Assembly: GCA_963770895.1 (NCBI GenBank)
Contig: CAVYRF010000002.1
Location: 5,408,001 to 5,472,000 of the forward strand
Reading direction: 5' to 3'
DNA: 64,000 nucleotides
DNA from: an uncultured Acidobacteriota bacterium
Lineage (GTDB): Bacteria > Acidobacteriota > Thermoanaerobaculia > Multivoradales > UBA5704
Of this stretch, positions 1 through 9,105 are shown piece by piece. Within the stretch, counting starts at the first letter, position 1, and every line of letters starts with the position of its first letter. A program made the position numbers and the translations under genes. The notes below the pieces were generated by a model. The model did no database searches. It was not told the origin of the DNA and saw only the letters and a list, made by a program, of their open reading frames with translations.

Positions 1-2
1 AG

Positions 3-3000
3 TACGGCGATTTCACGCTGTGGCAGCGGGGGTGGCTGGACGGCCAGGTGGTCGAGCGCGAGCTGGGCTTCTGGCGCGAGCAGCTGCGCGGCGTGCCGCC
101 GCTGCTGGCGCTGCCGCTCGACCGGCCGCGGCCGGCGGCGGCGACGACGCGCGGCGCGATCCGCGGCATGGCGCTGCCGGCGGGCTGGGGCGACACGCTG
201 GCCCGCTTGAGCCGCGCGCAGGGCGCGACGCGCTTCATGGGCCTGCTGGCGGGGCTGGCCGGGCTGCTCTGCCGCTACAGCGGTCAGGATCGGCTGGCGG
301 TCGGCAGCCCCATCGCCGGACGCCACCACGTCGAGCTGGAGCCGCTGATCGGCTTCTTTGCCAACACGCTGGTCCTGGCGGCCGACCTGCGCGGCGGCCC
401 CAGCCTGGGCGAGCTGCTGCGGCGGCTGCGGGAAACGTGCATCGAGGCCTATGCCCACCAGGATCTGCCGTTCGAAAAGCTGGTCGAAGAGCTGGCGCCG
501 GAGCGCAGCCTGGCGCATTCGCCGCTCTTCCAGGTGCTGCTGGTGGTGCAGAACGCCCCGGCGCGGGCGATCGAGCTGCCGGGCCTGCGCCTGCGGCCGC
601 TGCCGCCGCAGGTGACGACCGCCAAGTTCGACCTGACGCTGACGTTCGAAGAATCGACCGGCGAGCTGACCGGATCGCTGCAGTACAACACCGACCTGTT
701 CGACGGCGCGACCATGGACCGGCTGAGCGCGCACCTGACGGCGCTGCTGGCGGCGGGCGCGGCGGACCCCGAGCGGCGGCTGGCCGAGCTGCCGCTGCTC
801 TCCGCCGCCGAACGCCACCAGGTGGAGGAGTGGAACGACACCGCGGCGCCCATCGGCTTCGCCGCGCTGCACCAGCTGTTCGAAGCGCAGGCGGCGCGCA
901 CGCCGGGGGCGGTGGCGGTGGAGCTGGGCGACCGGCAGCTGACCTATGGCGAGCTGGACCGGCGGGCGGACGCGCTGGCGGCGGTGCTGGTTGGGCGCGG
1001 CGTCGGTCCCGACGTGCCGGTGGCGATCTGCCTGGCGCCGTCGTTCGCCATGGTGGTGGCGGTCCTGGCGGTGCTCAAGGCGGGTGGCGCCTACCTGCCG
1101 CTCGACCCGTCCTATCCGCGCGAACGGCTGCGCGCCATGCTGGAAGACGGCAGGCCGCCGGTGCTGCTGAGCGAGCGCGACCTGCTCGACCGGCTGCCCG
1201 CGGAGGCGACGCCGGCGTCGGTGCTGTGTCTGGCGGAGATGCCGGAGCTGGCGGACCTGGCCGGCGGTATGGAAGCGGGGGCGCCGGTGGCGCGGGTGTC
1301 GGGCGGCGCGACGCTCGCAACGGCGGACAACCTGGGGTACGTGATCTACACGTCGGGTTCGACCGGGCGGCCGAAGGGGATCGGTCTGCCGCACGGCGCG
1401 CTGGTCAACCTGATCGTGTGGCACCTGGAGACGCTGCTGTGCGGCGTGCGCACGCTGCAGTTCGCGTCGTTGAGCTTCGACGCCAGCTGCCACGAGATGT
1501 TCGCCTGCTGGGCGTCGGGGGGGACGCTGGTGCTGATCCCCGAGAGCCTGCGGCGCGACGCGCGGGCGCTGGCGCGGTTCTTCGTCACGGCGCGGATCGA
1601 CAAGGCGATCCTGCCGGTGCTGATGCTGCAGCAGCTGGCGGAGATCTACGCCGAGCCGGGCGCCTCGCTGCCGGTGTGGCGGGAGATGACGACGACCGGC
1701 GAGCAGATGCAGATCAGCCCGGCGGTCATCGACCTGTTCGAGCGGCTGCCCGGATGCCGGCTGCACAACCACTACGGTCCCTCGGAGAGCCACGTGGTGA
1801 CGGCGTACAGCCTGGGCAGCGAGCCGCGCGGCTGGGTGTCGCATCCGCCGGTCGGCAAGCCGCTGCCCAACTGCCGCCTGGAGCTGCTGGGTCCCGGGCT
1901 GGAGCGGGTGCCGCAGGGGGTGCCGGGCGAGCTGTACATCGGCGGCGTGTGCCTGGCGCGAGGGTACCTGGGCCGTCCGGAGCTGACGGCGGAGCGGTTC
2001 GTGCCGGACGGCTGGAGCCGGGTGCCGGGGGAGCGGCTGTACAGGACCGGGGACCTGTCGCGCTACCGGGCGGGCGGCGACGTCGAGTATCTGGGCCGCC
2101 TGGACCACCAGGTGAAGGTGCGCGGGTTCCGCGTCGAGCCGGCGGAGGTGGAGGCGGCGCTGGGAGCGCACCCGGCGCTGGTGGAGACGGTGGTGGTGGC
2201 GCTGGACGCGCCGGAGGGCGGCAAGCGGCTGGTGGCCTACATGGTGGGCCAGCCGGGCGGCGGCGACCGTCCGGGGGCGGGGGAGCTGCGCGCCTGGCTG
2301 GGCGAGCGGCTGCCGCACTACATGGTGCCGGCGGCGTTCGTGTGGCTGGAGCAGCTGCCGCTGTCGCCCAACGGCAAGGTGGACCGCAAGGCGCTGCCGC
2401 AGCCCGAAGCGTCGCGGTCGGTGGCGGGAGCGGCGTACCGGGCGCCGGAGTCGCCGGCCGAGCAGCTGGTGGCGTCGTATTACGCGGAGCTGCTGGGGGT
2501 CGACCGGGTGGGCCTGGACGACGACTTTTTCACCTTGGGCGGGCATTCGCTGCTGGCGACGCGGCTGGTGTCGCGGCTGCGCCAGGGATTCGCGCTGGAG
2601 CTGCCGCTGCGGCAGGTGTTCGAAAAGCCGGCGGTGGGGGCGCTGGCTGCCGAAATCGAGCGTCAGCTGCGCAGCGGCGCCGCGGCCGCGGCGCCGGCGA
2701 TCCGTCCGGCGCCGCGCGACCGGCCGCTGCCGCTGTCGTTCGCGCAGCAGCGGCTGTGGTTCCTGGACCAGCTGGCGCCGGGCAGCCCGCTGTACAACCT
2801 GCCGCTGGCGCTGCAGCTGGACGGGCCGCTCGTGCCGGGAGCGCTGGCCGCGGCACTGACGGCGGTCGCCGGCCGCCATGAGGTGCTGCGCACGGTGTTC
2901 GCGCAGGCCGCGGGCGAAGACGGCGACCCGGTGCAGGTGGTGCGGCCGGCCGGCCAATGGCCGCTGCCGGTCGTCGACCTGGTGGCGCTGCCCGCAGCGT

Positions 3001-6000
3001 CGCGCGAGCAGGAGGCGCGCGCGCTGGCCGCAGCCGAAGCGCTGCGGCCCTTCGACCTGGCGGCCGGCCTGGTGCGCGCTGTGCTGCTCGGTCTCGGGCG
3101 CGTCGCGGCCGGCGGCGCCGGCCAAAACGGTGGCTGCTCGGTGCCGCGTGACGACACCAGGTCAGGTGGCAGCGGAGCGGGCGCCGCCAGGCCTTCTGTG
3201 GCGAGTTCCGCCGCGATGGCGACCGGTCTGGTCGCCGGCGTCGGCGTGCAAGAGGTCAGAGACGACGACGCGGTGCGGGATGCAGGAGCGGCCAAGGCTT
3301 TGGCGACCCATGCCACGGCGGCAGGCAGCATGGATGGTGGAGGAGTGGAGCAGAGCATTGACGGCAAAGCGGTTCGGGATTGCGGCGCGCCGCGGCACGT
3401 GCTGCTGCTGACGCTGCACCACACGGTGGCCGACGGCTGGTCGCACGGCGTGCTGGTGCGCGACCTGGTGGCGTTCTATGACAGCTTCACCTCCGGCGGC
3501 GCAGCGGCGGCGGGCCTGCCGGCGCTGCCGATCCAGTATGCCGACTTTGCCGTCTGGCAGCGGCAATGGATGCAGGGCGAGGTGCTGGCGGCGCAGCTGG
3601 ACTACTGGCGGCGCCAGTTGGAAGACGCGCCGCCGCAGCTGGCGCTTCCGACCGACCGGCCGCGGCCGGCATTGCGCAACAACGCTTCCGCGGTGCGGCG
3701 CGCGGCGCTGCCCGCAGACGCGCTGCGCCAGGTGCTGCAGCTGGGCAGGAGCGGTGGCGGGACGCTGTTCATGACCGTCCTGGCGGCGTACCAGGCTGTG
3801 CTGGCGCGCTACGCGGCGCAGGACGACGTGGTGGTCGGTACGCCGATCGCCGGCCGCACGCGCGGCGAAACCGAAGACCTGGTTGGCCTGTTCGTCAACA
3901 CCCTGGCGCTGCGCACGCGGATCGCGCCGCGCGCTTCGTTCCACCAGCTGCTGGCGCGGGTGCGGGAGACGACGCTGGGCGCCTACGCCCATCAGGACCT
4001 GCCGTTCGAGCGGCTGGTCGAAGAGCTCCAGCCGGAGCGCGATCTGGGCCATGCGCCGCTCTTCCAGGTGACGTTGATCCTGCAGAACACGCCGCCGCCG
4101 CCGCGCCCGCCGGCCGGTCTGGCCCTGGCGGCGCTGCCCGAAACTGCCACCGGCGCCAAGTTCGACCTCACCCTGGCGCTGCGCGAGGGCGCGGTGGGGG
4201 AGCTGTCCTGCCTGCTGCAATACAACCGCGACCTGCTGGACGCGGCGACCGGCGAGCGGCTGCTGGGGGCGTTCACCCGCCTGCTGCTGGCGGCCGCCGC
4301 GGCGCCGGAGCGCCCGGTCTGGGACCTGGACATGATGGACGCGGCGCAGCAGCACCAGGTGCTGCGTGAGTGGGGCCGCGGTGCGGTGGGTGAGATTGGT
4401 GCGGTGGGCGAATTGGCTGCGCTGGGCGCAACGGACGCGATGGGTGCGCAGCCCGCGATGGGCCCCCTGGCTGCCGACGGCGCCGGCGCGGCGGCCGCCG
4501 GGGCCTCGCCGCAGATCTGTCTGCATCAACTGTTTGCGGCGCACGCCCGCCGCAGCCCCGATGCGGTGGCGGTGATCCTGGACGACCGCCACCTGACCTA
4601 TGGTGCGCTCGACCGGCTATCTGACCAGCTGGCCCGCCGGCTGCGCGACCTGGGGGTGCGCACCGATACGACGGTGGGCCTGTGCGCCGAACGGTCGCCC
4701 GAGCTGATCGCCGGCATGCTCGCCATCCTGAAGGCGGGTGGCGCCTGGCTGCCGCTCGACCCCGAATATCCGGTGGAGCGCCTGCAATTCATGGCCGCCG
4801 ACGCGCGGCTGCGGGTGCTGCTGGTCGACGGCCGCGGCGCGGCGCAGGGTGACCTGGCGCCGGCTGCGATACGTGTACCGCTGCACCTTGACGGCTGTGC
4901 CGGCGTGGTTCGCGCGCCCGCCGGCGGTCGTGGAGCTGATCTCGCAGCGCCTGACGCCGATCGCCGAGACCGGCCCGCACAGCCCGGCGGCGGTGCCGCC
5001 GCCGGCCTTGCGCCGGGTGACGGCGAAGATCGCACCGCGGGACTTCCGGACAGCGCCGCCTACGTCATCTACACCTCGGGCTCGACCGGCCGGCCCAAGG
5101 GGGTCGTGGTGTCCCACCGCGCGATCCATAACCACATGGCGTGGGTCGGGCGGGCGCTCGCGTGGCGCGCCGGCGACCGCATGCTGCAGCGCACGTCGCC
5201 GAGCTTCGACGCCTCGGTGTGGGAGATGTGGATGCCGCTGCTCTCCGGCACGCAGCTGGTGCTGCTGCCGCCGGGCGGCCACGGCGACCCCGCCCAGCTG
5301 CTGCACGCCGTCGCCCGGCACCGCGTGACGGTGCTGCAGATGGTGCCGTCGCTGCTGGCGGCGCTGGTCGAAGAGCCGGCGGTTGCGGGCAGCGGCGATG
5401 CGCTGCGATGTCTGTGCTGCGGCGCCGAGGCGCTGCCGGCCGACCTGGTGCGGCGCTTCCGTCACAGCCTGGGCGATCCCCACGGCGTCGAGCTGTACAA
5501 CTTCTACGGTCCCACCGAAGCCGCCATCGACATCACCAGCTGGCACTGCGCCAGGGAGCGCGACCAGGAAGGCACCCGCGCCCTGCCCCTGGGCCGGCCG
5601 ATCGACAATGCCGAGGTCGTGGTCCTGGACGCCGCCGGCCGCGTGGTGCCGCCCGGCGTCGCCGGCGAGCTGCACCTGGGCGGCGCTTCGCTCGCCCGCG
5701 GCTACCTGGCGCGCCCGGACCTCACCGCTGCCCGCTTCGTGCCGAGCCCCTACGCCACCAGCCCCGGCAGCCGTCTGTACCGCACCGGCGACCTGGGGCG
5801 CATGCGCGCCGACGGCGTGATCGAGTTCCTGGGCCGCGCCGACAGCCAGGTCAAGCTGCGCGGCTTCCGCATCGAGCTGGGCGAGATCGAGGCGGCGCTG
5901 CTCGACCACCCCGGCGTCGTGCAGGCCGCCGTGGTGCTGCGCGACGATCTTCCCGGCGGTCCGCGCCTGGTGGCGTACACCGTCGCGGGTCCCCTTGCCG

Positions 6001-7295
6001 CCGTGCCGCCGGGCGGCGATGCCGATCTCGCCGCCCACCTGCGCCGCCGCCTTCCCGAGCCGATGGTGCCGGCGGCGTTCGTGGCGCTGCCCGCCCTGCC
6101 GCTGACGGCGAGCGGCAAGCTGGACCGCCGCCGGCTGCCGCGGCCGTCGGCGCCGGCGTCCCCCGCCGGCAGCCGGCCGCCGCGCGATCACGTCGAGCTG
6201 CGGCTGGCAGGGATCTGGAGCGACCTGCTGGGGGCCGGCCCGGTCGGTCCGGCGGACAGCTTCTTTGCCCTGGGCGGCCACTCCCTGCTGGCGGTCCGGC
6301 TGATGAACCGCATCGCCGCCGCGTTCGGCCAGCGGCTGCCGGTCGCCGCGCTGTTCGCCAGCCCGACGCTGGAAGCGCTGGCCGCGCGCCTGCGCCAGGG
6401 TGCCGCGCCGGAGCGCCGTGAAGCGCTGGTGCAGCTGCGCGGTGGTGGCGGGGACGGCAGTGCCGGCGCCGGCGTGCCGCTCTTCCTCGTCCACCCGGTG
6501 GGCGGCAACGTCCTGTGCTATTGGCCGCTGGCGCAGGCCCTCGATGCCGCGACGCCGGTCTACGGCCTGCAGCTGCCCGACCCGCCGGATCTGCCGGCGA
6601 CTGAGGCCGGCGCGAACGGCGCTGCCGCCGCACCGCCGGTCACCATCGAAGCGCTGGCGGCGCACTACGTCGCCGCCCTGTCCGCCGTCCAGCCGCGCGG
6701 CCCGTACCGCCTGGCCGGCTGGTCGCTGGGCGGCGTCATCGCCTTCGAGATGGCGCGCCAGCTGGAGCGCGCCGGCCGTCCGGTCGCCCAGCTCGCCCTG
6801 GTCGACAGCTACGCGCCGGCGGCGGAGCCCGCCCTGGCCGGCCCGCCCGGCCCCGCCGACCTGGTGCGCCTGTTCGCCGCCGATCTGTGCGGCCTGCTGG
6901 GGCTGCCCGCCGTGGCGCCGGCGCTCGCGCTGCCCGCCGACGAAGCCGGCGCCCTGGGCGCCTTGGACGAGTTTGGCCGCGCCCAGGGGATCCTGCCAGC
7001 CGACCTGGACCGCGCCTCGATCGCACAGCTGTTTGCGCTGTTCAAGACCGGCACCGCCGCCCTGGCCGCCTACCGCCCGGCCCCCTTCGGCGGCCCGGTC
7101 GTGCTGTTCACCGCCGACGCCGAAGACACCGGCGCCGCCAAGGCCGATCCGGCCCGCGGCTGGCGTGGCCTGACCCCCGGCGGCCTGTGTCTGCGCCTGC
7201 TCCCCGGCGATCACTACAGCCTGCTGCGGCACCCCGCCGTCGCCACGCTCGCGGCGGCTTTGAGCGCCGCCGCGAGCCGGGCGGATGGTCAGTGA
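3..7295 (+). CDS. NRPS, 5'-truncated by the window edge: [C]-A-T-C-A-T-TE (terminating synthetase)
   Basis: Frame is open from the window start (YGDFTLWQR). Motifs: A3 YTSGSTGRPKG twice, T domains LGGHSLL twice, C domain HHTVADG, TE GWSLGG and GDHY. By-eye codes: A1 about DAHITTHVVK (Pro-like), A2 about DAWQCGFIDK (Gln-like). Confidence 0.96.
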   Translation, partial: YGDFTLWQRGWLDGQVVERELGFWREQLRGVPPLLALPLDRPRPAAATTRGAIRGMALPAGWGDTLARLSRAQGATRFMGLLAGLAGLLCRYSGQDRLAVGSPIAGRHHVELEPLIGFFANTLVLAADLRGGPSLGELLRRLRETCIEAYAHQDLPFEKLVEELAPERSLAHSPLFQVLLVVQNAPARAIELPGLRLRPLPPQVTTAKFDLTLTFEESTGELTGSLQYNTDLFDGATMDRLSAHLTALLAAGAADPERRLAELPLLSAAERHQVEEWNDTAAPIGFAALHQLFEAQAARTPGAVAVELGDRQLTYGELDRRADALAAVLVGRGVGPDVPVAICLAPSFAMVVAVLAVLKAGGAYLPLDPSYPRERLRAMLEDGRPPVLLSERDLLDRLPAEATPASVLCLAEMPELADLAGGMEAGAPVARVSGGATLATADNLGYVIYTSGSTGRPKGIGLPHGALVNLIVWHLETLLCGVRTLQFASLSFDASCHEMFACWASGGTLVLIPESLRRDARALARFFVTARIDKAILPVLMLQQLAEIYAEPGASLPVWREMTTTGEQMQISPAVIDLFERLPGCRLHNHYGPSESHVVTAYSLGSEPRGWVSHPPVGKPLPNCRLELLGPGLERVPQGVPGELYIGGVCLARGYLGRPELTAERFVPDGWSRVPGERLYRTGDLSRYRAGGDVEYLGRLDHQVKVRGFRVEPAEVEAALGAHPALVETVVVALDAPEGGKRLVAYMVGQPGGGDRPGAGELRAWLGERLPHYMVPAAFVWLEQLPLSPNGKVDRKALPQPEASRSVAGAAYRAPESPAEQLVASYYAELLGVDRVGLDDDFFTLGGHSLLATRLVSRLRQGFALELPLRQVFEKPAVGALAAEIERQLRSGAAAAAPAIRPAPRDRPLPLSFAQQRLWFLDQLAPGSPLYNLPLALQLDGPLVPGALAAALTAVAGRHEVLRTVFAQAAGEDGDPVQVVRPAGQWPLPVVDLVALPAASREQEARALAAAEALRPFDLAAGLVRAVLLGLGRVAAGGAGQNGGCSVPRDDTRSGGSGAGAARPSVASSAAMATGLVAGVGVQEVRDDDAVRDAGAAKALATHATAAGSMDGGGVEQSIDGKAVRDCGAPRHVLLLTLHHTVADGWSHGVLVRDLVAFYDSFTSGGAAAAGLPALPIQYADFAVWQRQWMQGEVLAAQLDYWRRQLEDAPPQLALPTDRPRPALRNNASAVRRAALPADALRQVLQLGRSGGGTLFMTVLAAYQAVLARYAAQDDVVVGTPIAGRTRGETEDLVGLFVNTLALRTRIAPRASFHQLLARVRETTLGAYAHQDLPFERLVEELQPERDLGHAPLFQVTLILQNTPPPPRPPAGLALAALPETATGAKFDLTLALREGAVGELSCLLQYNRDLLDAATGERLLGAFTRLLLAAAAAPERPVWDLDMMDAAQQHQVLREWGRGAVGEIGAVGELAALGATDAMGAQPAMGPLAADGAGAAAAGASPQICLHQLFAAHARRSPDAVAVILDDRHLTYGALDRLSDQLARRLRDLGVRTDTTVGLCAERSPELIAGMLAILKAGGAWLPLDPEYPVERLQFMAADARLRVLLVDGRGAAQGDLAPAAIRVPLHLDGCAGVVRAPAGGRGADLAAPDADRRDRPAQPGGGAAAGLAPGDGEDRTAGLPDSAAYVIYTSGSTGRPKGVVVSHRAIHNHMAWVGRALAWRAGDRMLQRTSPSFDASVWEMWMPLLSGTQLVLLPPGGHGDPAQLLHAVARHRVTVLQMVPSLLAALVEEPAVAGSGDALRCLCCGAEALPADLVRRFRHSLGDPHGVELYNFYGPTEAAIDITSWHCARERDQEGTRALPLGRPIDNAEVVVLDAAGRVVPPGVAGELHLGGASLARGYLARPDLTAARFVPSPYATSPGSRLYRTGDLGRMRADGVIEFLGRADSQVKLRGFRIELGEIEAALLDHPGVVQAAVVLRDDLPGGPRLVAYTVAGPLAAVPPGGDADLAAHLRRRLPEPMVPAAFVALPALPLTASGKLDRRRLPRPSAPASPAGSRPPRDHVELRLAGIWSDLLGAGPVGPADSFFALGGHSLLAVRLMNRIAAAFGQRLPVAALFASPTLEALAARLRQGAAPERREALVQLRGGGGDGSAGAGVPLFLVHPVGGNVLCYWPLAQALDAATPVYGLQLPDPPDLPATEAGANGAAAAPPVTIEALAAHYVAALSAVQPRGPYRLAGWSLGGVIAFEMARQLERAGRPVAQLALVDSYAPAAEPALAGPPGPADLVRLFAADLCGLLGLPAVAPALALPADEAGALGALDEFGRAQGILPADLDRASIAQLFALFKTGTAALAAYRPAPFGGPVVLFTADAEDTGAAKADPARGWRGLTPGGLCLRLLPGDHYSLLRHPAVATLAAALSAAASRADGQ

Positions 7296-8962
7296 CGTTC
7301 GGCGGCGGCGGGAGCGCCTGGGGTGGTGGCGGGAAGCGCCGCGAAGTAGGCGTCGGGGACGCCGCCGCGGCCGTCGGTCCACACCGTGAAGGTGCGGTTG
7401 GCGGCGGTGGCGATGCCCAGGAAGTCGCCGAAGTTGCCGAACTGGGTGCCCTCCTTGTCGAAGGCGGCCTTGCACCAGTTGCTGGTCTGGGAGGTGACGC
7501 GGACGGGGGCGCTGAAGGTGGCGCCGCCGTCTTTGGACTGCACCCAATACAGGTCGACGAGCGAGCTCACCTTGCCTTTGCGCGGGCCGCCGGCGGTCAG
7601 CGGCTGGGTGCATTCGACGTCGTCGGGATTGGCGGCGGAGACGTGCTTTTCCTGGCTTTCGAAGAACACCACGTCCAGGGAGCCGTCGTCCCTGACGGTG
7701 AGCGACGGCCAGAAGCGCTTGACGCCGGTGGGGTCGGTCGCCGGCGCCAGCGGCCGCGGCGGGCTCCAGGTGGCGCCTTGATCGTCCGAAGCGATCACAT
7801 AAACCTGCGTCGAAACGACGCTCTGCTCGGAGTAGGGCGAGGCGGCCTCGCGGGCGGCGTTGGCATAGGTGACGTAAATGCGGCCGTCGCGGCCGACGGC
7901 CATGCGCGGTCCGTCATTGATCACAAATTTGCTGTAGCCGACCGGCGGGTCTTCGCGCATCGAATTGATCGTCACCAGGTCCTGCGGCTTGCTGAAGGTC
8001 TTGCCGCCGTCGAGCGAGCGGGCGAAGCGGACGCTGGCGGTGCGCGTGCTCTTGACCGGAAAGTAGGGATTGATCACCCGCGGACCGAATTGCCAGGTTA
8101 CGTACAGCTCGCCTTTGGGACCCAGCCCGCTGGTCGATTGCACCTGGTAGGTGCCGTCGCCGCCGCAGCGCGGGTCTTTGGGGTCCACGGTGTCCAGGGT
8201 GTCGTCGGGACCGATCACCACCGGGCCTTCCCAGGTCTTGCCGTCGTCGGCGCTGCGCAGGATTTCGATCTGGCCCGACGAGGAGCCGGGCCGGTTGCAG
8301 ACGCCGCGCAGGTTGCTCATCGTCAGGTACAGCTTGCCGCTGCCGTCCTTGGCTGCGAGCAGGCTGGGACTGCGCAGCAGGTCCTTGGGATTGGCGGGCG
8401 AAAAGGGGTGCTGATCGATCCAGGTGAACACGCCCTGGTGAAACCGGCCGCGATAGAGCACCAGGCCGACCTGGCCCGAGCCGCCGGGGGTGTGATCCTT
8501 GGCGGTTGCGGCCGTGGAGCGCGCCCGGCTGACCAGGAAGAACGTCTGGTTGTCGGCGCCGCCGCGGTCCAGCCAGGGATGCCCCGAGGTCATGACGTCG
8601 CCGGGCAGAAAGACCGGACCGCCGTCGGTCCAGGTGCGTCCGCCGTCGATGGAATAGCCGAACGCGGTGACGCCCGGCAGCCGCGGCGGCGTGCAGGCGG
8701 CGCCGAACGGTTTGCCGCAGGTGCCCTGCATGGTTTCCCACGCCGCCACCAGCAGCTTGCCGGTGGGGTCGGCGGCGATCGCTTCGGCCGGGCGGCCGAG
8801 CCTGCCGTCCGGCATCGCGGCCTGCGGCGCGTTCATGCGCACGTTGATCATCGTCGCGGCAGGCGCGGAAGTCCCGGCTTGCAGCACCGATATTGCCAGC
8901 AGGGCACAGGACGCCGAGCTGATGAAAACCATTTTCATTCTTGAAGACATGTCGCTAATCAT
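7289..8962 (-). CDS. Secreted BNR/Asp-box (sialidase-like) beta-propeller protein
   Basis: Five Asp-boxes (SIDGGRTW, SADDGKTW, SLDGGKTF, SDDQGATW, SKDGGATF) and a signal-peptide-like N-terminus. GAGGAG lies 6 nt upstream of ATG 8962. The longer 9499 start overlaps the NRPS and is rejected. Confidence 0.85.
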   Translation of the reverse strand: MISDMSSRMKMVFISSASCALLAISVLQAGTSAPAATMINVRMNAPQAAMPDGRLGRPAEAIAADPTGKLLVAAWETMQGTCGKPFGAACTPPRLPGVTAFGYSIDGGRTWTDGGPVFLPGDVMTSGHPWLDRGGADNQTFFLVSRARSTAATAKDHTPGGSGQVGLVLYRGRFHQGVFTWIDQHPFSPANPKDLLRSPSLLAAKDGSGKLYLTMSNLRGVCNRPGSSSGQIEILRSADDGKTWEGPVVIGPDDTLDTVDPKDPRCGGDGTYQVQSTSGLGPKGELYVTWQFGPRVINPYFPVKSTRTASVRFARSLDGGKTFSKPQDLVTINSMREDPPVGYSKFVINDGPRMAVGRDGRIYVTYANAAREAASPYSEQSVVSTQVYVIASDDQGATWSPPRPLAPATDPTGVKRFWPSLTVRDDGSLDVVFFESQEKHVSAANPDDVECTQPLTAGGPRKGKVSSLVDLYWVQSKDGGATFSAPVRVTSQTSNWCKAAFDKEGTQFGNFGDFLGIATAANRTFTVWTDGRGGVPDAYFAALPATTPGAPAAAERH

Positions 8963-8989
8963 AAGCAGCTCCTCGGGGCCTGGATGCGC

Positions 8990-9017
8990 TTGCGGAAAAT
9001 TCGGTCGCGAGTATAAT
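8990..9017 (+). promoter_or_regulatory. sigma70-like promoter for the second NRPS
   Basis: TTGCGG-N16-TATAAT in the AT-rich divergent intergenic region. Confidence 0.55.
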
Positions 9018-9105
9018 TTGATACGCTCGATTTTAGAAGAAGTGCGCGCGCACGAAGTTGCACCGGCGGCAGCTCGTCTTCTGCGACCATCCTGAGGATC
9101 AGCGA

